Below are positions 9,807 to 18,427 of a stretch of 64,000 bases of DNA, piece after piece. Below the pieces are notes generated by a model that did no database searches, had not been told where the DNA came from, and saw nothing but the letters and a program-made list of their open reading frames with translations. Each line of letters opens with the position of its first letter. Position 1 is the stretch's first letter. The translations under genes and the position numbers were made by a program. The DNA comes from an uncultured Actinomycetota bacterium (GTDB lineage Bacteria; Actinomycetota; Actinomycetes; S36-B12; UBA10799). The stretch lies in NCBI GenBank assembly GCA_963733395.1, contig CAVTCZ010000009.1, forward strand, positions 166,245-230,244, read 5' to 3'.

Positions 9807-11612
9807 TCACTGCCCGAGATCGGTCGAGAAGATCGGCATCTCCGGCGACTTCTTGCCGGACGGCGCGACGTTCATCGCCTGCAGGCCGTGCACCATCACC
9901 TCGCGGAAAATCGGACCACCGGTCAGACCGCCGTAGCGCGACAACTTCGGGTTCTGCACGATCACGGCGACCACGAGCCGGGGGTCGTCGGCAGGAGCAA
10001 CACCGATGAACGACGCCGTCACGGAGTTGTCGTAGCAGCCGCAGTCGTCGTTGATGCGGTAGGCGGTACCGGTCTTGCCCGCCACCCGGTAGCCCGGGAT
10101 CGCGGCCATCTGCGCCGTACCTTCGGCCCCCACCACCTGCTCCATCATCCGCATGGTCTGCCTGGCCGCCTGCTCGTCGACGACCTGGATTCCCTCGGCC
10201 GGCTGGGCCGGCTGTACCTCACCGTCGACACTGATGTACCCCTTGACCAGCGAGGCCGGCATCCGCACTCCGCCGTTGGCGACGGTGGCGAAGACCGACG
10301 CCACCTGGATCGCGTTGGTGGACAGGCCCTGGCCGAACGCCACTGTCGGGAACGTCGTCGGCGACCACTTGTCCGGTGGCGGCACGTAGCCGTCGGACTC
10401 CCCCGGGAACTGCAGACCGGTCGGCTCGCCGATCCCGAACTTCTTGATGTACTCGTAGAGCTTGTCGCCGCCGATCTTCTCGGCGGCCTCGATGGTGCCG
10501 GTGTTCATCGACTTCGCGAGGATTCCGGCGAGCGTGAGTTGGTAGGTCGGGTGAGCGTCGTGGTCCCGGAAGACGCTGCCACCCCGGCTGATCGTGTAGG
10601 GGACGGTGAACACGGTCCGCGGAGTGGCCGCGCGTTCGTTGAGGACCGCCGCCATGGTCATGACCTTGCTCGTCGAGCCCGGCTCGAAGACCTCGGTCAC
10701 TGCCCGGTTGTTCCGGTTGGCGTCATTGGCCTGTCCGGGCAGGTTGGGATTCATGGTGGGCACCGAGGCCAGGGCCAGGATCTGACCGGTCTTGGGGTCC
10801 ATCGCGACCACGGTGCCACTGTCCGCGTCGACTTCTTTGACCCGCTGCGCGATGGCCTGCTGCGCGACCCACTGCAGGTCACTGTCGATGGTCAACTGCA
10901 CCGATGTGCCGTCCACGGGGTCGCGCTCGCGCTCGGAGCCGGTGGGGATCTGCCGGCCGCCGATGCCGCTCTCGAAGATCTTCTGGCCGTCCTGACCCCG
11001 TAACTCGGTGTCCAGTCCGTACTCGAGGCCGGCACCTGCCACCCCGTCCTCGCGCACGTAGCCGAGCACGTTGGCAGCGAGCTCACCGGAGGGGTAGTAG
11101 CGCTTGGTGGTGCGTTGCCCGAAGATGCCGCGCAGGTCCAGCGACGACACCGCATCCCAGGTCTCCGGCGTCACCTGCTTGGCGACGTAGGCGAAGTGCT
11201 TGTCCGTGGTCAGCGAGGCGACGATCTGCTCTTTGGGGATGTTCAGGATGGGCGCCAGGTAGTCGGCCGTGGCGTCCTTGTCGGTCACCAGCCGCGGGTC
11301 CGCGGTCACGTCCACGGCCTCGACCGACTCGGCCAGCGGCCGCATGTCCGCGTCGTAGATGGTGCCGCGCTTGGCGGGCAGAGTCACGACCGCGGTCCGG
11401 TCCGCCACCGCCGCCTCCGCCCGGGTGGTGCGGTTCAGCAACTGCAGATCGACCAACCGCGCGGCGAAGATCGTCAGGACGAAGGCAACGATCAGCGCCA
11501 ACAACCGCAACCGCTTGGACGGGTCGGCGGGTTCGTACGCGCGCCCCGGACCGTCGGACCCGCCGTCGTGCCAGCGACTCGGCCTCACGGGGGGTCGGGT
11601 CGAAGTGCTCAC
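9807..11612 (-). CDS. ftsI: Class B penicillin-binding protein / division transpeptidase FtsI (PbpB)
   Basis: 601-aa ORF with an N-terminal TM anchor, SxxK (STSKV), SxN (SMN) and KTGT motifs. Sits in the dcw position between ftsL and murE. Confidence 0.92.
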   Translation of the reverse strand: MSTSTRPPVRPSRWHDGGSDGPGRAYEPADPSKRLRLLALIVAFVLTIFAARLVDLQLLNRTTRAEAAVADRTAVVTLPAKRGTIYDADMRPLAESVEAVDVTADPRLVTDKDATADYLAPILNIPKEQIVASLTTDKHFAYVAKQVTPETWDAVSSLDLRGIFGQRTTKRYYPSGELAANVLGYVREDGVAGAGLEYGLDTELRGQDGQKIFESGIGGRQIPTGSERERDPVDGTSVQLTIDSDLQWVAQQAIAQRVKEVDADSGTVVAMDPKTGQILALASVPTMNPNLPGQANDANRNNRAVTEVFEPGSTSKVMTMAAVLNERAATPRTVFTVPYTISRGGSVFRDHDAHPTYQLTLAGILAKSMNTGTIEAAEKIGGDKLYEYIKKFGIGEPTGLQFPGESDGYVPPPDKWSPTTFPTVAFGQGLSTNAIQVASVFATVANGGVRMPASLVKGYISVDGEVQPAQPAEGIQVVDEQAARQTMRMMEQVVGAEGTAQMAAIPGYRVAGKTGTAYRINDDCGCYDNSVTASFIGVAPADDPRLVVAVIVQNPKLSRYGGLTGGPIFREVMVHGLQAMNVAPSGKKSPEMPIFSTDLGQ

Positions 11613-11638
11613 TGCTGTCCTGTCGTCGTGGGGGATGC

Positions 11639-12244
11639 CTAGCGGGCTGTGATACCCAAGGGTTGCTCGGTGTCCGTCCCGGGTGTGGTTGCCACGCCGG
11701 GGGCTGGGGTGGATTCCGCCGGAGCCGGGGTCTGCGCGGCCGGGTCGCCGGCAGTCGTCGGGTCGGCCCCGGCCGTCTGCCCGCTCGCAGGATCAGTCGT
11801 GGCCGAACCCGCACTGGGCACGCCGGCGGAGGTCAACGGCTCACCTGTGGCCGGATCCAGCGGCAGGCCGGCGGCGTAGGGCACGCCGAGCACCTTGCCG
11901 TCGGACAGTCGGATGAACACCGGCGTGGTGGCCGCCACCAACCCCAGTTCCCGGGCGCGCTTGGTCAGGGTCACCGGTGAGGACGCGTCCTGGATCTGGG
12001 TGCGCAGCAATTGCTCGCGCTGCGCCAGGTCGGCCTTCTGCACCCGCAGTTCATGGGCTCGGAAACTGCCCTTGGCCAACGCCGTGTTCAGCACCAGCAG
12101 GGCCAGCAGGCCGATACTCATGACGGCCAGGGCGCCGATCGCGAACGCACTGGTACTCATCACGCCGGTACGGGTGGCCCGATGGGCGGGCAGCGAACGG
12201 TGCAACACCGTGCGGCGCGAACCCGCCTGGGGTACGACCGTCAT
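11639..12244 (-). CDS. FtsL-like septation membrane protein with Pro/Thr/Ala-rich tail
   Basis: ATG 12242-12244 makes an ATGA overlap with the rsmH stop. It has a single TM helix (FAIGALAVMSIGLLALLVL), a short coiled segment and a low-complexity tail. It occupies the position of Rv2164c/ftsL. Confidence 0.7.
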   Translation of the reverse strand: MTVVPQAGSRRTVLHRSLPAHRATRTGVMSTSAFAIGALAVMSIGLLALLVLNTALAKGSFRAHELRVQKADLAQREQLLRTQIQDASSPVTLTKRARELGLVAATTPVFIRLSDGKVLGVPYAAGLPLDPATGEPLTSAGVPSAGSATTDPASGQTAGADPTTAGDPAAQTPAPAESTPAPGVATTPGTDTEQPLGITAR

Positions 12245-13197
12245 GATGCCTCCCGCAACTTCTCTGCAGCCCGCAGCCGGACTGATCGAGCCCGTGGATT
12301 CGCCGCAATTTCTTTGTCCGACGCTACCTCCGAACCGCGCGTAATCAGGCGAAGCCACGGCCGCGAGTCGGGTGGCACGACCGGCAGACCGGGCGGTGCG
12401 GAGTCCTCCGCCCCGGTGCGCAGGGCCCGTTTGACCATCTTGTCCTCCAGCGAGTGATAACTCAGTGCGATGAATCGACCACCGGGGCGCAACCGCCGCA
12501 GCGCCTCGGGCAGAGCCTTCTCCAGACTGACCAACTCGGCGTTGACCTCGATGCGCACCGCCTGGAAGGTGCGCTTGGCCGGGTGTCCCTTGCGGCGGGC
12601 CGCCGCCGGAATGGCGGCTTCCACCGACGCCACCAGATCATCGCTGGTGCGCAGCGGCCGATCGGCCACGATCCGGCGCGCGATCCGGCGGGCGAAGCGT
12701 TCTTCACCGTATTCCCAGAGGATGCGCGCCAACTCCGACTGCGGGTAGGTGTTCACGACCTCCGCCGCCGTCAGATCCGCGGTGGTGTCCATCCGCATGT
12801 CCAGTGGTGCGGACTTCGAGTAGGCGAATCCGCGCTCGGCCTCGTCGATCTGCATCGACGACACCCCGAGGTCGAACAGCACCGCGTCCACCGACGCCAG
12901 TGCCAGACTGTCGAGCACCTCGCCCATCTGGTCGTACCGTGCGTGGTGCACGCTGGCTCGGTCGCCGTACCCGGCCAGCCGCGCCCGAGCGGCTGCCACC
13001 GCCTGCGGGTCCCGGTCGAGGCCCACGACCCTGGCCCGCTCGAACCGCCCGAGCACGGCGGCACTGTGGCCGCCGAGGCCGGTGGTTGCGTCCACCATGA
13101 TGGGCTCCTGAGTCTGCGCTTGGGGTCCGAGGACCGGGTCGAGCAACTCGAGGACACGATCGAGCGCCACGGGGATGTGGCGGCTGTCGGTGTCCAC
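12241..13197 (-). CDS. rsmH: 16S rRNA (cytosine1402-N4)-methyltransferase
   Basis: Contains DATTGLGGHSAAVL and DLGVSSMQID motifs. GTG 13195-13197 is preceded by AAGGAG 6 nt upstream. The longer 399-aa track ORF is read-through. Confidence 0.95.
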   Translation of the reverse strand: MDTDSRHIPVALDRVLELLDPVLGPQAQTQEPIMVDATTGLGGHSAAVLGRFERARVVGLDRDPQAVAAARARLAGYGDRASVHHARYDQMGEVLDSLALASVDAVLFDLGVSSMQIDEAERGFAYSKSAPLDMRMDTTADLTAAEVVNTYPQSELARILWEYGEERFARRIARRIVADRPLRTSDDLVASVEAAIPAAARRKGHPAKRTFQAVRIEVNAELVSLEKALPEALRRLRPGGRFIALSYHSLEDKMVKRALRTGAEDSAPPGLPVVPPDSRPWLRLITRGSEVASDKEIAANPRARSVRLRAAEKLREAS

Positions 13198-13364
13198 GGC
13201 GGCTCCTTGTCGGGTGTGGGGTCCTGCACTCCGGTCCCCGTCCGCGCATTGCGGATGGGGCCACCTTGGGTCCGGGGAAGTGATCCAAGGTGATCGACGG
13301 TCGCCGGGCGACCGCCGCGGTACTGCGTCGGCCGGGGGCCGCAGTGCAGAAGCGGGGGGATGGG

Positions 13365-13796
13365 TCAGAACAAGCCGGGCACCACCTCCTCGGACAGCGC
13401 CGCGAACGCGGCATCCTGCTGCTGCAAGTAGTCCTGCCACGCCTGCTCGTCCCAGATCTCCACCGTGTGGTGGTTACCCACCACCACACATTCGCGATCC
13501 AGCCCGGCGTAGTCCCGCAGCGAAGAAGGTACCGTGATCCGGCCCTGCCTGTCGGGGACCTGGTCGAAGGCGCTGGAGAACAGGACCCGGGAATATGCGC
13601 GCACCGCGGCATTGGACTGGGAGGCTTCGCGCACCCGTGCCGCGGCCGCCTCGAACTCGGCGATCGGCCACAGCACCAGCGAACGATCCTGCCCTTTGGT
13701 CAGGACGACCCCATCGGCGAGCTCGGTCCGGAACTTGGCGGGCAGGATGATGCGCCCCTTCTCGTCCACCTTCGGGGTGTGGGTGCCCAAGAACAT
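13365..13796 (-). CDS. mraZ: Transcriptional regulator MraZ
   Basis: MFLGTHTPKVDEKGRIILPAKFR..., two SpoVT/AbrB-like halves, 143 aa. ATG 13794-13796 is preceded by GGAGGAGG. Confidence 0.95.
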   Translation of the reverse strand: MFLGTHTPKVDEKGRIILPAKFRTELADGVVLTKGQDRSLVLWPIAEFEAAAARVREASQSNAAVRAYSRVLFSSAFDQVPDRQGRITVPSSLRDYAGLDRECVVVGNHHTVEIWDEQAWQDYLQQQDAAFAALSEEVVPGLF

Positions 13797-13853
13797 CCGC
13801 ACACCTCCTCCGCTCGCGGAACGCCTTGAAGCCCCACCGTACTCCATTTCCCT

Positions 13854-13884
13854 CCACTAAGCACCACCTGCTGCCACGTTCCAC
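13854..13884 (-). promoter_or_regulatory. Candidate MraZ operator: direct GTGG repeats with 10-bp phasing upstream of mraZ
   Basis: The minus strand reads GTGGAAC GTGGCAGCAG GTGGTGCTTA GTGGAGG. CCAC occurs on the plus strand at 13854, 13864, 13874 and 13881, 58-88 nt upstream of the mraZ ATG. Confidence 0.45.
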
Positions 13885-14035
13885 CCCGCTGGCCCCCTGC
13901 CCCCTCCGGCGAGGCCCAACCCGCACTCGGCCGGGTGCACCGTCACGCGCAACGGCACCCCAGGGCACACGGATGCCGGGCACCCAACCACGCCGCTGGG
14001 GTCGTCCCGGCTCCCGGCCGGATTCCGAAGCGGCG

Positions 14036-16433
14036 CTAGTCCAGCGGGACGACCTGGTCCCGGCCGGCATCCTTGGCCAGGTACATGGCCCGGTCGGCAC
14101 GGGCCACCAACGCGTCGACGTCATCGCGCGCTTCCACCATGGCCACGCCGATGCTGACGGTTGCGGACGCCTGCTGACCATCGATGAGCAGCGGTTCGGC
14201 AACCGCCCTGCGGACCTTCTCGGCCACCGCAGTCGCTGCGTCGAGGTCCTGCACGCCTCGCAGGATCAGAAGGATCTCGTCGCCACCGACCCGTGCCACC
14301 GTGTCACCTGACCGGACGCAGGCCCGGATGCGTTCGGCGACCAGCTGCAATAGGCGGTCACCCATCGCGTGCCCCAACGAGTCGTTGACACCTTTGAACT
14401 CGTCGATATCGCAGAAGGCAACGGCCAATTCGGCGCGGCGGGCATTGCTCTGCGCCAGCCAGTCGGAGATCTGAGCCAGGGCCTCGCGCCGGTTCACCAG
14501 GCCCGTGAGGTCGTCGGTACGGGCCCGCCGATCGAGGGCGACCTCGGACTCCACCTCGGCCTGCACGTCGCGCCAGCCACCGACGAAGGCGATCGGCTGA
14601 CCGTCCGGTCCGGCGACCGGGTGAATCGTGGCTTCCACCCAGCGCTGGCCACCGTCCTTGGTGGGCATCCGGAAGCGGGCGCTGTTGCGGGTCCCCGCAA
14701 GTACCTCCTGGGTGGCTCGAGTCCACGAACTCACGGTCCTGGGGCGCTACCAGATCGCGGCCGTTGCGGCCGATGAACTCATCCGGGCGGAAACCGAGTA
14801 CTCGCTCCACGCCCTCCGAGATCCACTCGGTGACCCCTTCGAGTGTGGTCCGGTAGACCACATCGGTCGCGTTCTCGGCCAGCAGTCGGTACCGCTCCTC
14901 GGAATCGGCCAACGCCCGTTCGGAGTCCATCTGGGCCTGGATGTCGTGCGTGACCACGACCAGTGACCGGACCGCACCGGCGGAGTCCCGGACGGCCCTG
15001 GCACTCGACTCGACCCAGCGATAGCCGCGGTTCTTCGTGCGCATGCGAAACCGGGTTGCGGCGTACTCCTGACCCGCCAGCAGTACCTCGCGGGCAGCCA
15101 GCACGCCGGCGACATCGTCGGGGTGGATCAAGTTCAGCAGTCGACCGGTCCGCTCTTCCGGCGACCATCCCAGAAGGCGTTCGATCGCCGGGGACACCCA
15201 CTGCACCGTGCCATCGGGGTCGTGGAAGGTCACCATGTCGCTGCTCTCCTCGAGCAACAACCGGTACCTCGCCTCGGAGTCGGCCAGCGCCGCGGCCTCG
15301 TCGAACCGCTGCGTCACATCCCGCCAGGTGACTGCGAGGCCATCGTGCACGGGCACCGCGCGCACGTCGTAGTGACCGATCCTGCCCGAGGAGTACGTGT
15401 GCGAGTGATTGTTGAGGACCAAGGGCACCCCGGAATCGACCACCGCCTTCAATTGCGGCGTGACCTCGGAATCGAAGATCCCGGGGTCGACGGTGGAAAG
15501 GGCACCGCCGATGACTTGCTGGCGTTCCTTGTCCAGGGACTCGCAGGCTGCCGGATTCGCGGCCACGAACCGGAAGTCCACGATCCGACCGTCGACATCC
15601 CTCACCGCCGCCACCAGCACCTGTGGATCGAGTTGCGCGTCCAGGGTCGCGCGCAGGATCTCGCGCTCGGACTCCGCCTCCATTCGGGCACGCACCACAT
15701 CGTCCACATCGCGCCAGCCGACGATCGCCCCGCTCACCTCGTCGTTGCCGTCACGGGCGGGGCGGGCCGCCGCCGAGATGAACCGGCAGCCGCCGTCGGC
15801 GGTCCGGATCCGCAGAACCACCGACTTCTGCGACTGGCCGGCGTGGACGTTCGGGTCGATACTCTCGACCCGCCGGGCGTCCGAGGGGTCGATGAGATCT
15901 CGCGCGAACGAGCCGATGAGGGCTGCCGGCGCCCACCCCGCGACCGCTTCGATGGAGTCGGAGACCCAGACGATCCGTCCCTGAAGATCAGTCTGGAAGA
16001 CGACGTCGGAGGCGTCCTCAGCCAGCATCTGATAGCGGCCGTCGATGCCTGCCCGAGCCTCGGCGATCTGCCGGGGACCGATGTGGTTCAGTGCCCCGTG
16101 CAGGGCGATGGAACCGTCCTCGCGCTGTACCTTGCGGGCGATGTGCTCGGTCCAGACCACCTTGCCGTCGCGGGCCACCCAACGCAAGGTCGCGTGCGTG
16201 GACACCCCGATTGCGGCGTTGAACGCCGACAGCAGCACCGGACGGTCCCGCGGATCGAGCACCCGGAGCCACAATCCAGCGTCGTCGAGGTACTCGGTGG
16301 CCGTGTAGCCGGTGAAGCCGGCGACAGCGTCCGAGACGTACTCCAGGTGCATCCGGGGCTCGAGCTGGAGCACGTAGGTGACGTCCAGCAAAGTGGCCGC
16401 CACATCGCGGCCTTCAGCCTGCAGTACGCCCAT
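14036..16433 (-). pseudogene. Multi-PAS diguanylate cyclase (GGDEF) with a net +1 nt frameshift between 14705 and 14746
   Basis: ORF 14358..16514 carries about five PAS repeats. ORF 14036..14734 carries the end of the last PAS plus GGDEF (RSGD I-site, five residues, then GGDEI). The two frames overlap and the 16514-14036 span is 3n+1. Likely start is ATG 16431-16433, after GGAGG. Confidence 0.85.
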
Positions 16434-16668
16434 ATCCCCGCTACCTCCAGGGCGCAAATGTACGGCAAGGCGCTCGCTGGGGTCACGGAAATGATCAACG
16501 GGACAGCGCCGCACGAATGGATCCGTTGTATGCGGTCAGCTACTCCACGGATTCCGCAGGAATGTCGAGCGGATCGTCCTTGGCCAGCGGGAAATGGCTT
16601 CGACTTCGCTGCTCGTGCGCCGGTGCGGCAGCGGAGTCACCACTGCGTGGTCGGGGCTTACGTGGTGC

Positions 16669-17076
16669 TCAGGAGTCGCGGCCGTCCCGGCGGTTGCGGT
16701 CCTGCCAGCGCTGCTCGAACCTGGCCATGAAACCGGACTGACCCTTCGCGGGCTTCGGCGCCGCGGACGGCGCAGCTCCGGGCACCGAGTCGGCTGCCGC
16801 TTTCTTGGACGGTGCGTGACGCAGGCCCGAGATGACCAGGAACACCGATGCCAGCATCACGATGAATCCGAAGACGCCGAGCGGGGGAAGACTGGCCGAG
16901 ACACCCGCCAGCAGTAGTGCCATGCCGACGAGGGCTCCGATGACGCCGCCCACGACCCGTCGGCGATCGGCCCCGGACGAACCGTGTCGCAAGGACGTGG
17001 CGAACTTCGGATCCTCGGCCATGAGGGCCCGTTCCATCTGCTCGAGCAGTCGCTGCTCATGCTCTGAGAGAGGCAC
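16669..17076 (-). CDS. DUF3040-type small membrane protein (Rv2169c-like)
   Basis: GTG 17074-17076 is preceded by GGAGGGAAGG. (V)PLSEHEQRLLEQMERALMAEDPKFATSL is followed by a TM segment, the typical DUF3040 layout. Confidence 0.75.
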   Translation of the reverse strand: MPLSEHEQRLLEQMERALMAEDPKFATSLRHGSSGADRRRVVGGVIGALVGMALLLAGVSASLPPLGVFGFIVMLASVFLVISGLRHAPSKKAAADSVPGAAPSAAPKPAKGQSGFMARFEQRWQDRNRRDGRDS

Positions 17077-17176
17077 GTTCCTTCCCTCCTTGCGGTCTGG
17101 TAACTGTAACGATACGGGTAGGCGCCCCGGATGGAAACCCGAGAGGGTCCACAACTTGTTCAAGGCCGGAATCAGA

Positions 17177-18412
17177 TCAACGTTCCTCCTCCGAATGACC
17201 CATGTCGAGCAGGCTGGCCGGGCGCACAACCCCGCGCCCGAATCTGGCCACCGCCCGGTCCACCGCCGTCTCCGCCTCCCGCCACCCAGCGTCCGGTTCG
17301 TCGAGGGCGATCTGGTGACTTGCGTCGTGCGCCGGGCGCAACTTCTCGACCCGTACCCCCACCAGTCGTAGCCGGGCGCGCTGCAGGCCGAGCGCCTGGT
17401 AGAGGTCCGCGGCCACGGCGTAGATATCGCGGCCGACGTCGGTTGCCTCTGGCAATGTCTTGGACCGGGTCAGCGTGGTGAAGTCCGCGAACCGGACCTT
17501 GATCGACACCGTCCGGCCCACCCAGCCAGCCGCCCGAAGTCGGGCCGCCACCGCATCGGACAGCCCCAACAACTGCCGCGCGATCACCTCCTGATCGTCG
17601 ACATCACCGGCGAAGGTGTGCTCCGAACCGATGCTTCGATCGGGAGTGGCAGAACTGACCTGGCGGCTGTCCCGGCCCCAGGCGAGTTCGGCCAGGTGGT
17701 CCCCGGCCGCAGGTCCCAGCGCCCGCCGCAACACCGGCCGCGGCAGATGGGCGACATCGGCCACGGTGCGCACCCCGAGACTGTGCAGTTGCTCCTCCGT
17801 TCGCGGTCCGACGCCCCACAGGGCACCGACCGGCAGCGGGTGCAGGAAGGCCACGATCGAATCCGCCGGGATCAGCAGCATCCCATCCGGCTTGGCGTGG
17901 GCGCTGGCCACCTTGGCGACGAACTTGTTCGGTGCCCCGCCCACCGAGCAGGTGATCCCCTGCTCGTCGTGGACCCGCGCCCGCAGCAGTTCGCCGATGG
18001 CGGCGGGGGTGCCGAACTGCCGGATGGCCCCGGAGATGTCGAGGAACGCCTCATCGAGGGACAACGGCTCCACAGCCGTGGTGATGGAGCCGAAGATCGC
18101 CATCACCCCCTCGCTGACCCGCGCGTAGTGGCGATGGTCGGGCGCGATCACCGCCGCCTCAGGGCACAACCGACGGGCCCGTCCCATGGACATGGCCGCC
18201 CGGACTCCGAAGGCGCGGGCCTCGTAGGTGGCCGACAGCACCACGCCGCGGGAACCGGAACCGCCGACGATGACGGGCTTGCCCCGAAGCATGGGGCGGC
18301 TGAGCAACTCCACGGAGGCGTAGAACGCGTCCATGTCCACATGCAGGATCGTGCATGTGGAATCGTCGCGCGGCGCTGGGAAATCCAGCTTGCCGCTCTC
18401 GCGTCTGCTCAT
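17177..18412 (-). CDS. dinB: DNA polymerase IV (Y-family), catalytic residues intact
   Basis: 411-aa ORF with ILHVDMDAFYASVE and PLSLDEAFLDIS motifs (catalytic Asp/Glu present). Lies 15 bp downstream of the dnaE2-type gene. Confidence 0.9.
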   Translation of the reverse strand: MSRRESGKLDFPAPRDDSTCTILHVDMDAFYASVELLSRPMLRGKPVIVGGSGSRGVVLSATYEARAFGVRAAMSMGRARRLCPEAAVIAPDHRHYARVSEGVMAIFGSITTAVEPLSLDEAFLDISGAIRQFGTPAAIGELLRARVHDEQGITCSVGGAPNKFVAKVASAHAKPDGMLLIPADSIVAFLHPLPVGALWGVGPRTEEQLHSLGVRTVADVAHLPRPVLRRALGPAAGDHLAELAWGRDSRQVSSATPDRSIGSEHTFAGDVDDQEVIARQLLGLSDAVAARLRAAGWVGRTVSIKVRFADFTTLTRSKTLPEATDVGRDIYAVAADLYQALGLQRARLRLVGVRVEKLRPAHDASHQIALDEPDAGWREAETAVDRAVARFGRGVVRPASLLDMGHSEEER

Positions 18413-18427
18413 CGATGTCCTCCTCCC

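Noticed and set aside
17177-18412. Calling the Y-family gene next to dnaE2 an ImuB.
   Set aside because: ImuB lacks the catalytic acidic residues. This protein retains DMDAFYASVE and SLDEAFLD and, at 411 aa, has DinB length.
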